Of a stretch of 64,000 nt of DNA, positions 30,352 through 39,318 are shown piece by piece; position 1 is the first letter of the stretch; each line of letters opens with the position of its first letter. This stretch comes from Gemmatimonadota bacterium (GTDB lineage: Bacteria > Latescibacterota > UBA2968 > UBA8231). The notes below the pieces were generated by a model. The model had not been told where the DNA came from and made no database searches. It worked only from the letters and a program-made list of their open reading frames with translations. The translations under genes were made by a program, and so were the position numbers. The stretch spans positions 45,496 through 109,495 of the forward strand of contig JAYOYH010000012.1 of NCBI GenBank assembly GCA_038153405.1. Direction: 5' to 3'.

Positions 30352-32100
30352 CTATCCCTGCACCGGTTCCAATCCCAACAAGACCAGCAGCCAAGTATTG
30401 TGCCAGTAGGCACTGTTGATATACGCGTTGTCCACCGTCGGCCAGTTCTTCCAGTAGGTCTCGTTGTGCGGTATGCGATGATACCACTGCACCAGCGGAA
30501 TGGAGGGCAACTCGCTCAGCCAGATTTCCATGGCCTGGCGAAAGAGCTTCTGCAGTTCGGGATCGTCGGGCGATGTCTGCCCCATTTTATCGACAATGGC
30601 ATCGTATTCGGGGTTGGACCAGCGCCAAAAGCGCTCGGCATGCGTGCCGGTGGGCTGCACAAAACGGCTGTGATACAGGCGCAGCGTAAAGTAGGGGTCG
30701 CGCACCGAACCGCCGTTGCCCATCATATAGGCCCGTGCCGTGCCCTGCGCCATGCGCGAAAAGGTATCGGAGGTCAGGCGAAACGAGGCCTCAATGCCGG
30801 CGCGCTTTAACTGCGCCGCCAGCACGGGAGCCAAATCGTTAAAAATGCCGAATATATCGATGACCATCGTCAGGCGTTGGCCGTCCTTGATCCAAAACCC
30901 TTCGCCGTCCTTGCTCCATCCCTTGCGCTGTAGAATCTCGGCCGCTTTGGACGGATCGTAGACGCCAATCTCGTATTTTTCAACAAGGTCCTGGATGCCA
31001 TTTGTATACTGGCGAATCGGCGGAAAGTTGGGCAGCGGCAGATGCGAAGACGTTCCGGCTCCCTGCCAGCCGATCTCAACCAATTGGTCGCGGTCGATGG
31101 AGTAGTTGACCGCACGGCGAATTTCCGGATCGCTGAAGGGCGGCTCTAGGTTGTTGAAGCCCAGACACACGGGCCACCAGTCGAGATAACCATGCGGCAG
31201 TTCCTTGCCCGTCCAGGTAGACACGGAGGGGTTGGCATCGAGAATGGATTGGATATTGGGCGGGCGCAGGTCGAGGCTGGTATCCATCGCGTTGGCGATG
31301 ATATTCTGCACGCGCTTGCTCTCCTCCATATAAGGCAAGTAGATCAGGCGCTCGACCTTCGGCAAATCGCGAAAGCCAATCTTGGCCGCCCACCAATCGC
31401 TGCGCACATCCCACACGCGCTGCTCGGGCGAAGAGATCGCCATCTTATAGGGACCGCTGACGACGGGCCAGCCCTGAGCCATATCGAAGTTGCTAAAGCT
31501 CTCCGGATCTTGGTTCTCCCAGATGTGCCGGGGAACGAGGGGAACGCCGTTGTCGAAGTTGTTGGTAAAGTAAGAGAAAACAAAGCGCGGATTGGAAGCG
31601 GTGAGTTCGATTTGTGCCGTGTGATCATCGATGGCTACCGCACTCTTCACCCACGTTTGCATATCGGTAGAAAAGTTCAAACTCGGCGCGTGTTCCTTGA
31701 GCATGTTGACCGTAAAGACTAGGTCATGCGCCGTCCACGGCTGGCCGTCGCTCCACTCCACGCCCTGGCGAATGTCGATGGTGACCGCAGTGTAGTCGCT
31801 GTTATACTGGTGACCAGTGGCGATCCAGGGAATGACATTCTCGCCCCCTTCGGAGTAGGCGTTGTAAAAGTAGAGCGGCTCGTAGACGAAGTTCCAACCC
31901 GTCTTGGTCGTGCCCGTCAGCAGAAAGGGATTGAACGATGCATAGTCTTTAAACTGGCCGCTGCAGTCCTGCTGCCCCGAGCAATCGGTGATTAGCGTGC
32001 GATTGCGCGGCACGCTGCTGCCCTGACCACCGCCGCCACAGCCGTAGAACACAGCGACGGATGCCAGCAGCAGCGCGGCACTCGATATCAATTTTCTCAT
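30352..32100 (-). CDS. ABC transporter substrate-binding lipoprotein, family 5 (paralog 3)
   Basis: Lipobox FYGC; same motifs as paralogs 1 and 2; ATG 32100 behind GAGG. Confidence 0.93.
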   Translation of the reverse strand: MRKLISSAALLLASVAVFYGCGGGGQGSSVPRNRTLITDCSGQQDCSGQFKDYASFNPFLLTGTTKTGWNFVYEPLYFYNAYSEGGENVIPWIATGHQYNSDYTAVTIDIRQGVEWSDGQPWTAHDLVFTVNMLKEHAPSLNFSTDMQTWVKSAVAIDDHTAQIELTASNPRFVFSYFTNNFDNGVPLVPRHIWENQDPESFSNFDMAQGWPVVSGPYKMAISSPEQRVWDVRSDWWAAKIGFRDLPKVERLIYLPYMEESKRVQNIIANAMDTSLDLRPPNIQSILDANPSVSTWTGKELPHGYLDWWPVCLGFNNLEPPFSDPEIRRAVNYSIDRDQLVEIGWQGAGTSSHLPLPNFPPIRQYTNGIQDLVEKYEIGVYDPSKAAEILQRKGWSKDGEGFWIKDGQRLTMVIDIFGIFNDLAPVLAAQLKRAGIEASFRLTSDTFSRMAQGTARAYMMGNGGSVRDPYFTLRLYHSRFVQPTGTHAERFWRWSNPEYDAIVDKMGQTSPDDPELQKLFRQAMEIWLSELPSIPLVQWYHRIPHNETYWKNWPTVDNAYINSAYWHNTWLLVLLGLEPVQG

Positions 32101-32114
32101 GTGCTTTACCTCAT

Positions 32115-33146
32115 TCACTTTTCGCCGAAAAGCTGCGTTAAGTCGCCGTTTTCCAGCACCTGCTCTTCGTCAAAGAGAAAACACGAAGCCGCGCGCCCAG
32201 TGCCGCTGCGAAACAGCGGGGGCTGCGCGCTGCACTTTTCCATGGCCTGTAGACAGCGCGGCGCATAGCGGCAACCGCCAACGGGCTCTTCCACTGCGCC
32301 TTCGTCTAGCACCTTCTCTTCGATTGCCTCTTCTATCCAAGCGCTGCCCGGATCGGGCACGGGAATGGAGTGAATCAGCTCGCGTGTATAGGGGTGCTGC
32401 GGATCTTTGATGACGCTCTCTACGTCGCCAGCTTCGGCCACCGTGCCGTGATAGAGCACGACGATGTTTTCGCTCACCTGATAGGCCGTCGTTAAGTCGT
32501 GCGTGATGTAGACAAAGGAAATATTAAAATCGCGAAAGAGCTTGTGCAGGTTGGCCAAAATGGTCGCGCGCAGCGAGGCGTCGACCATCGAAACCGGCTC
32601 ATCGGCGATAATGAGTTTGGGCTTGAGCAGCAGCGCGCGCGCAATGGTGATGCGCTGGCGCTGGCCACCGGATAGCTGGTGCGGGTAGCGCCCCAGCGTC
32701 TCCTCCGGGCGCAGCCCGACCGTGCGCAGGGCCACTTCAATCTGCTCGCGCGCCTCCGCCTGCGAGGCGGCCAAACCAAACTTCTCGATGGGGGTCGTCA
32801 GGATATGATCGACCTTGTAAAACGGATTGTACACTTCAAAGGGGTCTTGAAAGATGGCCTGCACATCCTGGCGGAACGAGCGCGTACCGCTCTTGTCGAG
32901 CGTGCGCAGATCGCGGCCGTTGTAGAGCACTTCGCCCGCGCTCGGCGCAATAACGCCGAGCAGCATGCGCGCAATCGTCGTCTTGCCGCTGCCCGACTCA
33001 CCGGCAATGGTGGTAAACGAAGGGTTATCGGCATCGATCGTCAGGGTGAAATCGTCGACGGCCACTGTCTGCTTATCGTCAGTAAACAGTCCACCGCCGC
33101 CCGAAAAGACCTTGCGGATATGGCGCGCTTCAAGAAGCGGGGGCAT
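32115..33146 (-). CDS. Opp/Dpp-family ABC ATPase (OppF-like)
   Basis: GESGSGKT, LSGGQRQR, DEP, THD, HPYT and C-terminal Cys cluster; ATG 33146 behind GGAGG. Confidence 0.94.
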   Translation of the reverse strand: MPPLLEARHIRKVFSGGGGLFTDDKQTVAVDDFTLTIDADNPSFTTIAGESGSGKTTIARMLLGVIAPSAGEVLYNGRDLRTLDKSGTRSFRQDVQAIFQDPFEVYNPFYKVDHILTTPIEKFGLAASQAEAREQIEVALRTVGLRPEETLGRYPHQLSGGQRQRITIARALLLKPKLIIADEPVSMVDASLRATILANLHKLFRDFNISFVYITHDLTTAYQVSENIVVLYHGTVAEAGDVESVIKDPQHPYTRELIHSIPVPDPGSAWIEEAIEEKVLDEGAVEEPVGGCRYAPRCLQAMEKCSAQPPLFRSGTGRAASCFLFDEEQVLENGDLTQLFGEK

Positions 33147-34134
33147 CGCACTCCTCCTCATGCAGAAGACAAGAGGCCCACTGGCCTGGGGAAACCTCCC
33201 TCAGCGTCGGTTCGCGCTGCGCACAGAGCTCGGTGGCCTTGGGACAGCGCGGGTGAAAAAGACAGCCCGACGGCGGATCGAGCAGCGACAGGCCTACGCC
33301 GGGGATGCCCTTGAATTCGCCGCGCTTCTCGAAGGATGGAATACTCGATATGAGCAGCTGCGTGTAGGGATGCTGCGGGTTGCAAAAAATGTCGGAAACC
33401 GTGCCCACTTCGACGAGCTTGCCGCCGTACATAATGCCAACGCGCTCGGCGAACTGCGCCATCAGGCCCATATCGTGTCCAACCAGCAGTACCGTAGCGT
33501 CGAGGTCCAACTGCAGCTGGCGCAGCGTCTGCATAATTTGCCGCTGGACGACCACGTCGAGCGCCGACGTGGGTTCGTCGGCTAAAATGAGCTGCGGATT
33601 GAGACAGATGGCCTGCGCGATGCAGGCGCGCTGCTTCATACCGCCGCTCAATTCGTGCGGGTAGAGCTGGGTTGCCTCCGGCTTGAGTCCGACCTTGTCC
33701 AACAGCGCCTCGACGCGCCTCATGAGCTCGTCCCTTTCGCCCTCTTCGCCGTGCTCGCGCATCGTCAGCACCATTTGATCGCCGATGCGAATCACCGGAT
33801 TGAGCGAATTCATCGCGCCCTGTGGTACCATGGCCACGCGCTTGAGGCGCATTTGGCGCACCTGCTCTCGATTGAGGGTCAACAGGTCCGTTCCATCATC
33901 GAAAACGGCCTTGCCGCCGGCGATAAAACCGGGCGTCTTAATCATGCGCAACAGCGCCAGGATCATCGTCGTCTTGCCGCTGCCCGACTCGCCCACCAAC
34001 CCAAAGCGCTCGCCCTTGTAAAGCGTTAAGTCCACTTCGTTGACGGCGCGTGCAATGCCGCGACGCGTCTCGAAGTGCACTTCCAGACCCCTAATATCGA
34101 GCAGCACGTCTCTCTTTTTGGCGCTCTCGCTCAT
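33130..34134 (-). CDS. Opp/Dpp-family ABC ATPase (OppD-like)
   Basis: GESGSGKT, YPHELSGGMKQR, DEPTSALDV, HPYT, GCLFHPRC. Confidence 0.95.
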   Translation of the reverse strand: MSESAKKRDVLLDIRGLEVHFETRRGIARAVNEVDLTLYKGERFGLVGESGSGKTTMILALLRMIKTPGFIAGGKAVFDDGTDLLTLNREQVRQMRLKRVAMVPQGAMNSLNPVIRIGDQMVLTMREHGEEGERDELMRRVEALLDKVGLKPEATQLYPHELSGGMKQRACIAQAICLNPQLILADEPTSALDVVVQRQIMQTLRQLQLDLDATVLLVGHDMGLMAQFAERVGIMYGGKLVEVGTVSDIFCNPQHPYTQLLISSIPSFEKRGEFKGIPGVGLSLLDPPSGCLFHPRCPKATELCAQREPTLREVSPGQWASCLLHEEECDAPAS

Positions 34135-34988
34135 ACGGCTTTCCGCTGTTTGGGGTTGGCTAGCTCATCGAGACCGACGGCAATCAGCAACAGACCGACG
34201 AAAATGAGCCCGATAAAGGCAATGGGAATAGCCCACCACCACCACATACCGCGAATCAGCGCGCTAAAGGTGATGGCCCAGTAAATCGTCATGCCGACCG
34301 TCGGGTCATTCTGCGGCCCCAGACCGAGGGCCTCTAAGCCGATGGACGAGAGAATGGCCCAGTTGACGGCGTTGGCAAACTGTGCCGCCAGATAGGGCAG
34401 TAGATTGGGAAACAGCTCTTTCCAGATAATTTCGGCATTGCTCATGCCGTTGAGCTTGGCCATCTGCACGTAGGCGCGCTCGCGCATGCTCAGCACCTGA
34501 GAGCGAATGACGCGCGTTGGCCACATCCAAGCCAGCGAGGCAACGACTAGCGCCATGATATTGACGCTGATTTCCTCGCGGATCGTCGAGGCAATGGACA
34601 CCAGCACGACCAGTCCGGGCACGGTCAGCAGCGTATCGACCACGCCGCGCACGACCGTATCGAACTTGCCGCCGAGATAGCCGCTAGTAAAACCGAGAAA
34701 AATACCCAACCCCAAACCGACTGCACCGGCCAGCAGGCCAATGCGCATGGTCAGCGGCACGCCAACGACCATGACGGAGAGCAAGTCGCGCCCTGAATCG
34801 TCCGTGCCAAAGGGATGATCCCATGAGGGCTCCAAGCGCGGCGTCGTCGACAGCGGCTGCGCCAGCGAGGTATCGACAAAGAGTGGACCGAGCAGGCCAA
34901 ACAGCAAGATGATGGAGACCATGACAAAGCCAACCGCCAACATCGGGCTTTCGCGCAGATAGTAGAGAATCTGGTTGAACCGCTGCAT
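34131..34988 (-). CDS. Opp/Dpp-family ABC permease (OppC-like)
   Basis: HPFGTDDSGRD, EAA-like YVQMAKLNG, ANPK C-terminus. Confidence 0.93.
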   Translation of the reverse strand: MQRFNQILYYLRESPMLAVGFVMVSIILLFGLLGPLFVDTSLAQPLSTTPRLEPSWDHPFGTDDSGRDLLSVMVVGVPLTMRIGLLAGAVGLGLGIFLGFTSGYLGGKFDTVVRGVVDTLLTVPGLVVLVSIASTIREEISVNIMALVVASLAWMWPTRVIRSQVLSMRERAYVQMAKLNGMSNAEIIWKELFPNLLPYLAAQFANAVNWAILSSIGLEALGLGPQNDPTVGMTIYWAITFSALIRGMWWWWAIPIAFIGLIFVGLLLIAVGLDELANPKQRKAV

Positions 34989-34989
34989 A

Positions 34990-36000
34990 TCAGTTCTGCC
35001 TGCTATGTGAGATCCGCGGATCGAGCAGCGGGTAGAGAAAGTCCATCAGCATCGTAACCACACCGATGGACATGATGAGAATGAGCACGACGCCGTTGAT
35101 CACGGTGTAGTCGGATGACTGGATCGCCTGAAAGAGCACCGTGCCAATGCCGGGGTAGGCGAAGATCACCTCGACGATCACCTGGCCGGCCACGACGTTG
35201 GCCAACGACAGGCCCAGCGCCGTAAACTGTGGCAGCATGGCGTTGCGCAGGCCGTAGCGAAAGAAGATGGTGCGGTTGCGCAGGCCATTGGCCTCGGCCA
35301 GCGTGATATAGTCTTCACCCGACGTAGTAACCATCATGCCGCGCATGCCCAGCGCCCAGAATCCCACCGCCTGCAGCACGATGGCCAGCGCCGGCAGTAT
35401 GGAGTGGTGCAGGACGTCTAAATAGAAATCGACGCTGGCAATGGCCAACATTCCCGGCGAATAGCCGCCCGACAGGGGGAACCACTGCATCTTGAGCCCC
35501 AGTATGTAGAGCACAATCAGACCCAGCAGGTAGGGGGGAATCGCCGAAAGCGTCATAAAGGGAACGGCGAACCGGCGCACCCAGGGCGGCGCGTTGGGCC
35601 ACGCCGAAAGCGCGCCCATCAGCGTGCCGAGGGCAAAGCCTATAAGCACGGAGATGAACATCAGGCCAAGCGTCCAGGGAATAGCATTGCCGATCATTTG
35701 ACCCACGCGCGCCGGATAGTTGGCCAGCGAGTAGCCCAAATCAAGAGTGAAAGTGTCGCCAAGAAAGTTCAGATACTGGATGTAGAGCGGCTTGTCGAGA
35801 CCGAATTTAGCCTGATAGGCCTTGACCATCGCCTCAATCCCATCCTGGCGCAGACCGCCGCTGGCGGCCAATTGTCCCAGCTTCTCGCGAATGGGATCGC
35901 GCCCCGTGCCTAGGCGAGGCACGAAGAAATTGACGCTGGCGGCAGCCCACACGACTACGAGAAAGAGAGCCACGCGTTTTACGACAAAGTTCCAGTTCAT
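34990..36000 (-). CDS. Opp/Dpp-family ABC permease (OppB-like)
   Basis: FGLDKPLYIQY, DLGYS, EDYITLAEANGL, EVIFAYPGIG, LLDPRI. Confidence 0.94.
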   Translation of the reverse strand: MNWNFVVKRVALFLVVVWAAASVNFFVPRLGTGRDPIREKLGQLAASGGLRQDGIEAMVKAYQAKFGLDKPLYIQYLNFLGDTFTLDLGYSLANYPARVGQMIGNAIPWTLGLMFISVLIGFALGTLMGALSAWPNAPPWVRRFAVPFMTLSAIPPYLLGLIVLYILGLKMQWFPLSGGYSPGMLAIASVDFYLDVLHHSILPALAIVLQAVGFWALGMRGMMVTTSGEDYITLAEANGLRNRTIFFRYGLRNAMLPQFTALGLSLANVVAGQVIVEVIFAYPGIGTVLFQAIQSSDYTVINGVVLILIMSIGVVTMLMDFLYPLLDPRISHSRQN

Positions 36001-36058
36001 TGGAGTTGGCTATTGTGGTTGGGAATGGCAATTGGCTACGGCAAAAACAGAAGGCGAT

Positions 36059-36098
36059 AAGTTACCGTAGACGCGCTACCCTGTCAAATAAGTTTGAC
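36059..36098 (-). promoter_or_regulatory. sigma70-type promoter of the ABC operon with an overlapping palindrome
   Basis: Minus strand TTGACA (36087-36082), 17 nt spacer, TAACTT (36064-36059); GTCAAA-TAAG-TTTGAC palindrome at 36083-36098. Confidence 0.55.
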
Positions 36099-37756
36099 TA
36101 GTTCTCGCCGCCTTCGCGCACGCGCAGCACAGAGCCGGCAGCGACTGAATACAGCGTGTCGCTAATACCGCTGGGCCACTGCACGCAGACCCATTCGGCC
36201 CGCTCGCTCTCCCCCAGGCCAAAGTACAGGCGCAGGGCGTTGGCGCCGAGGTAGCCCGAGCTGCCATTGACCGTGCGCACTTGTGCACGGTCGTCGACGC
36301 GCACCTCGACGCGCGCGCCCACGCCATGGCGGCTGCTTTGCACACCTACGAGATCAACGGCAATAGCGCCGTTTTTCGTCGCCGTATCGTTGCGCAGCAG
36401 CGTCGGCGCCTCGTCCAGATTGGTAACCAATAGGTCGACGTCGCCATCGCCGTCGTAATCGCCGCTAGCCGTGCCGCGGCTCACCGCTCTTATCGCCAAG
36501 CCCGGTCCGCCGTCCTCTTCTGAATAGACGCCTCCATCGTTGCGAAACAGCTGGTTGCGCTGGGCGTAACCGCCTCCCGTCGAGGCCTTCTCCACCTGCG
36601 GATAGACGTGGCTATTGACGGCAAATAAATCGAGGTCGCCGTCGCTATCGGCATCAAAAAAGTGCGCTCCCCAGCCAAGGTACTCGACGCTGGGAGCACC
36701 AAGACCGCTGCCCGATGTCGCATCGACAAAGCGCATTTGGCCATCATTGCGATAGAGCGTATTGGTCTCGCCGTAGAAATTTGTCACAAAGATATCGCCG
36801 TCGCCGTCGCCGTCGTAGTCGCCGACGTCGACGCCCATACCCGACTCCTCTTCGCCGTCGAGGTTAAAGGCGACGCCCGATAGCATGGCCACGTCGACAA
36901 AGGTGCCCCCGTCGTTGCGCCACAGCACGTTGGCGCGTTCGTCGTTGGCCACAAAGACATCCATATCGCCGTCGGCATCGAAGTCTTCGGGCACCACACC
37001 CAACCCGTAGTGATCGTTTGCCGCGGCGATGCCGACCTCGTCGGTGACGTCGGCAAACTGACCGACACCGTCGTTTCTGTAGAGGCGATCCTCGCCTCCA
37101 GGCAGGCCGACGGGCCCGCAAAAGACGCGCAGACCACCCAGGTAGACACAGGGATCCCACAGCTTCGGGTCTTCCAACAGCGGAGCGATATTGAAGGCCA
37201 CGTAATTGCTTACGTAGAGATCGAGATCGCCGTCGTTATCGTAGTCGAAAAAGGCCGCACTGGCGCTAAAGTCGTCGCCCTCTGCCCCCGATATGGTTTC
37301 GACAAAAGCGCCGCCGCCGTTGAGAAAGAGCGCGTTGGCACCATAGTTGGTCAGGTAGATATCGCGCAGGCCATCGCCGTCGACATCGCCGATGGCCACG
37401 CCAGCCCCCCAGCGCCGGTCGCCGAGTCCTGCGCGCTCCGTTTCTTCGACAAAATGCCCGCCGTCGTTGCGGTAGTAGGCGTTGCCCGGCCCGCGGTCAT
37501 AGGCGGCAAAGGTAGAGCCGTTGACCAAGTAGAGATCTAAATCGCCGTCGTCGTCACCGTCGAAGAAGGCTGCGCCGCTGCCGTGCGCTTCGAGAATAAA
37601 ACCCTTGTCTCTGCTCCCGCCGGTGTGGACAAAGTCGATGCCCGCCTGAGCGGTCTGGTCGCTAAAGGATATTTGAGCAACAGCCGGCGCTGCCAGCGCA
37701 ATGAGCAGCGCGGCGGAGCGGATCAGGCGCGGCCCGGTGCGTTGCTCAGTGCGCAC
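36098..37756 (-). CDS. CRTAC1-family protein (FG-GAP/VCBS repeats + ASPIC/UnbV domain)
   Basis: Signal peptide, repeated DxDxDGxxD Ca2+ loops, GMGVDVGDYD, C-terminal GARV...GYL...LYFGLG..WPSG. Confidence 0.9.
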   Translation of the reverse strand: MRTEQRTGPRLIRSAALLIALAAPAVAQISFSDQTAQAGIDFVHTGGSRDKGFILEAHGSGAAFFDGDDDGDLDLYLVNGSTFAAYDRGPGNAYYRNDGGHFVEETERAGLGDRRWGAGVAIGDVDGDGLRDIYLTNYGANALFLNGGGAFVETISGAEGDDFSASAAFFDYDNDGDLDLYVSNYVAFNIAPLLEDPKLWDPCVYLGGLRVFCGPVGLPGGEDRLYRNDGVGQFADVTDEVGIAAANDHYGLGVVPEDFDADGDMDVFVANDERANVLWRNDGGTFVDVAMLSGVAFNLDGEEESGMGVDVGDYDGDGDGDIFVTNFYGETNTLYRNDGQMRFVDATSGSGLGAPSVEYLGWGAHFFDADSDGDLDLFAVNSHVYPQVEKASTGGGYAQRNQLFRNDGGVYSEEDGGPGLAIRAVSRGTASGDYDGDGDVDLLVTNLDEAPTLLRNDTATKNGAIAVDLVGVQSSRHGVGARVEVRVDDRAQVRTVNGSSGYLGANALRLYFGLGESERAEWVCVQWPSGISDTLYSVAAGSVLRVREGGEN

Positions 37757-38462
37757 ATCGAAAGCCCAGCGTATTGCCCTTCACATAGGAGTGGGCATCT
37801 TTGGTATTCGAGCGCTTGTCGCACTGTGCCAACGTATTGCCATTGACCCACGAACCGCCGCGCAGAAACTGCAGGTCGCCCTCCGACTGCGTCCACTCCC
37901 ACACGTTACCCGCCATGTCCATGATGCCAAATGGACTGGCTCCTTTGGGAAAGGTGCCGACCGGCGCCGTGCGCACATAGCCATCGTGCTTGTGGCCGTA
38001 TATATTGGCGTAACCCTGTTCAAAAGTGCCTCCCCATGGATATTTCAATCCCTCTGGCCCCTCGCAGGCATAGCGCCACTCCTGCTGGGTCGGCAGGCGT
38101 TTGCCGGCCCACGCGCAGTAGGCGCGCGCGCCGTGCCAAGACACCTCCACCACCGGATGCGTGGCAAAACTGTCTTTGGCGGCAAAGACCCCATCCTTCT
38201 CCTCAATCAGCGCAAAGCGGCTGCGCAATTCGACCCAGTAGGCGCCCTCTTCCTGCTGGTTGCCGCGTTCGTTGAGAAATTCGGCATACTCGGCATTGGT
38301 CACTTCGAACGTATCGAGGTGATAGGCGCTGCCGTCGCGATCGATGCGAACAGACGGGCCGCCTTTGAGCGAATCCGGCCGCGATGCGACGTCCTGCGCA
38401 CCGAGCGCAATCGGCAGCAGCAGTGCGCAGCACGCTGCAATACAGTAGGCGTATCTATCCAT
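37746..38462 (-). CDS. Secreted FGE-sulfatase (SUMF1)-fold protein
   Basis: Signal peptide; EVTNAEY, HPV..VSW, RLPT..EW, YPWG, DMAGNVWEW, RGGSW, GFRC. Confidence 0.88.
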   Translation of the reverse strand: MDRYAYCIAACCALLLPIALGAQDVASRPDSLKGGPSVRIDRDGSAYHLDTFEVTNAEYAEFLNERGNQQEEGAYWVELRSRFALIEEKDGVFAAKDSFATHPVVEVSWHGARAYCAWAGKRLPTQQEWRYACEGPEGLKYPWGGTFEQGYANIYGHKHDGYVRTAPVGTFPKGASPFGIMDMAGNVWEWTQSEGDLQFLRGGSWVNGNTLAQCDKRSNTKDAHSYVKGNTLGFRCAH

Positions 38463-39318
38463 TGTATATGCCCTCTACGTAACGAGAAACAGTGGTGCTA
38501 AATCCTTCTTCTGCAAGCGACGGACCTACTTCAATATGCGTACCTGCGATCAGACGGCGCACTTCGGGCTTGGCATTGCCCATCAGCACACCCACCCCAG
38601 CCGCTTTGAGCATCGGCAAATCGTTGTCGCCGTCGCCTATAGCCAGCGTTTCGTCCAAGGCGGCACCCACCTCGCGCGCCAGCGCGCGCAGGGCGACGGA
38701 TTTGTCGACGTGCGGCGGCATGACCTCTATCCGATCTGGAATCGACCAAGTCGCATAGAGGCGCTGCCCCCAGCGCGCGTTCATCGCCTCCATCACCGCA
38801 GTGCGCTGCTCTTCGCCGGTGACCATCATAATTTTGGGCGGCGCAGCGACCTCACCGGCCAAACAGCGCTCGTAGAGGGCCTCGTCGTGTATAAAGCCCG
38901 GCCCTCCGAACACTTCTAACCCCTCTACCGAGTGCGAGTGGCGGTACTCTTCGCGCAGACCGCCCTCTTCCTGCGCGCACAGGCAGCAAATCAGATTAAA
39001 ATCGCCCGCTCGACTAAAGGCGACCAATTCGCTAAAAAGTTCCGCGTCGAGGCGCTCTTGGTGCAGCAAGCGGCGCCGCCCATCGCGTTCGGCGCTGACG
39101 GCAACGCCGCCGTTATAGCCGCCCACGTAGAGGGCAGAGGCCACATGCGGCCAGTCGGCCAGTGGCTCCTGCGAACGGCGAATGCTGCGGCCGCTATTGC
39201 TGGCCACCGCAATGCCCCGTTCGAGCAGCGACTCAATGGTTCGCAGCGACGCAGCCGATAGGTTGCTTTCCTCATCCAGTATAGTGCCGTCCATATCAAA
39301 GGCAACTAGCTTAATCAT
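38455..39318 (-). CDS. Cof-type HAD-IIB phosphatase
   Basis: DMDGT, SGR, DK, GDGDNDLPM, MGNA motifs. Confidence 0.9.
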   Translation of the reverse strand: MIKLVAFDMDGTILDEESNLSAASLRTIESLLERGIAVASNSGRSIRRSQEPLADWPHVASALYVGGYNGGVAVSAERDGRRRLLHQERLDAELFSELVAFSRAGDFNLICCLCAQEEGGLREEYRHSHSVEGLEVFGGPGFIHDEALYERCLAGEVAAPPKIMMVTGEEQRTAVMEAMNARWGQRLYATWSIPDRIEVMPPHVDKSVALRALAREVGAALDETLAIGDGDNDLPMLKAAGVGVLMGNAKPEVRRLIAGTHIEVGPSLAEEGFSTTVSRYVEGIYNG

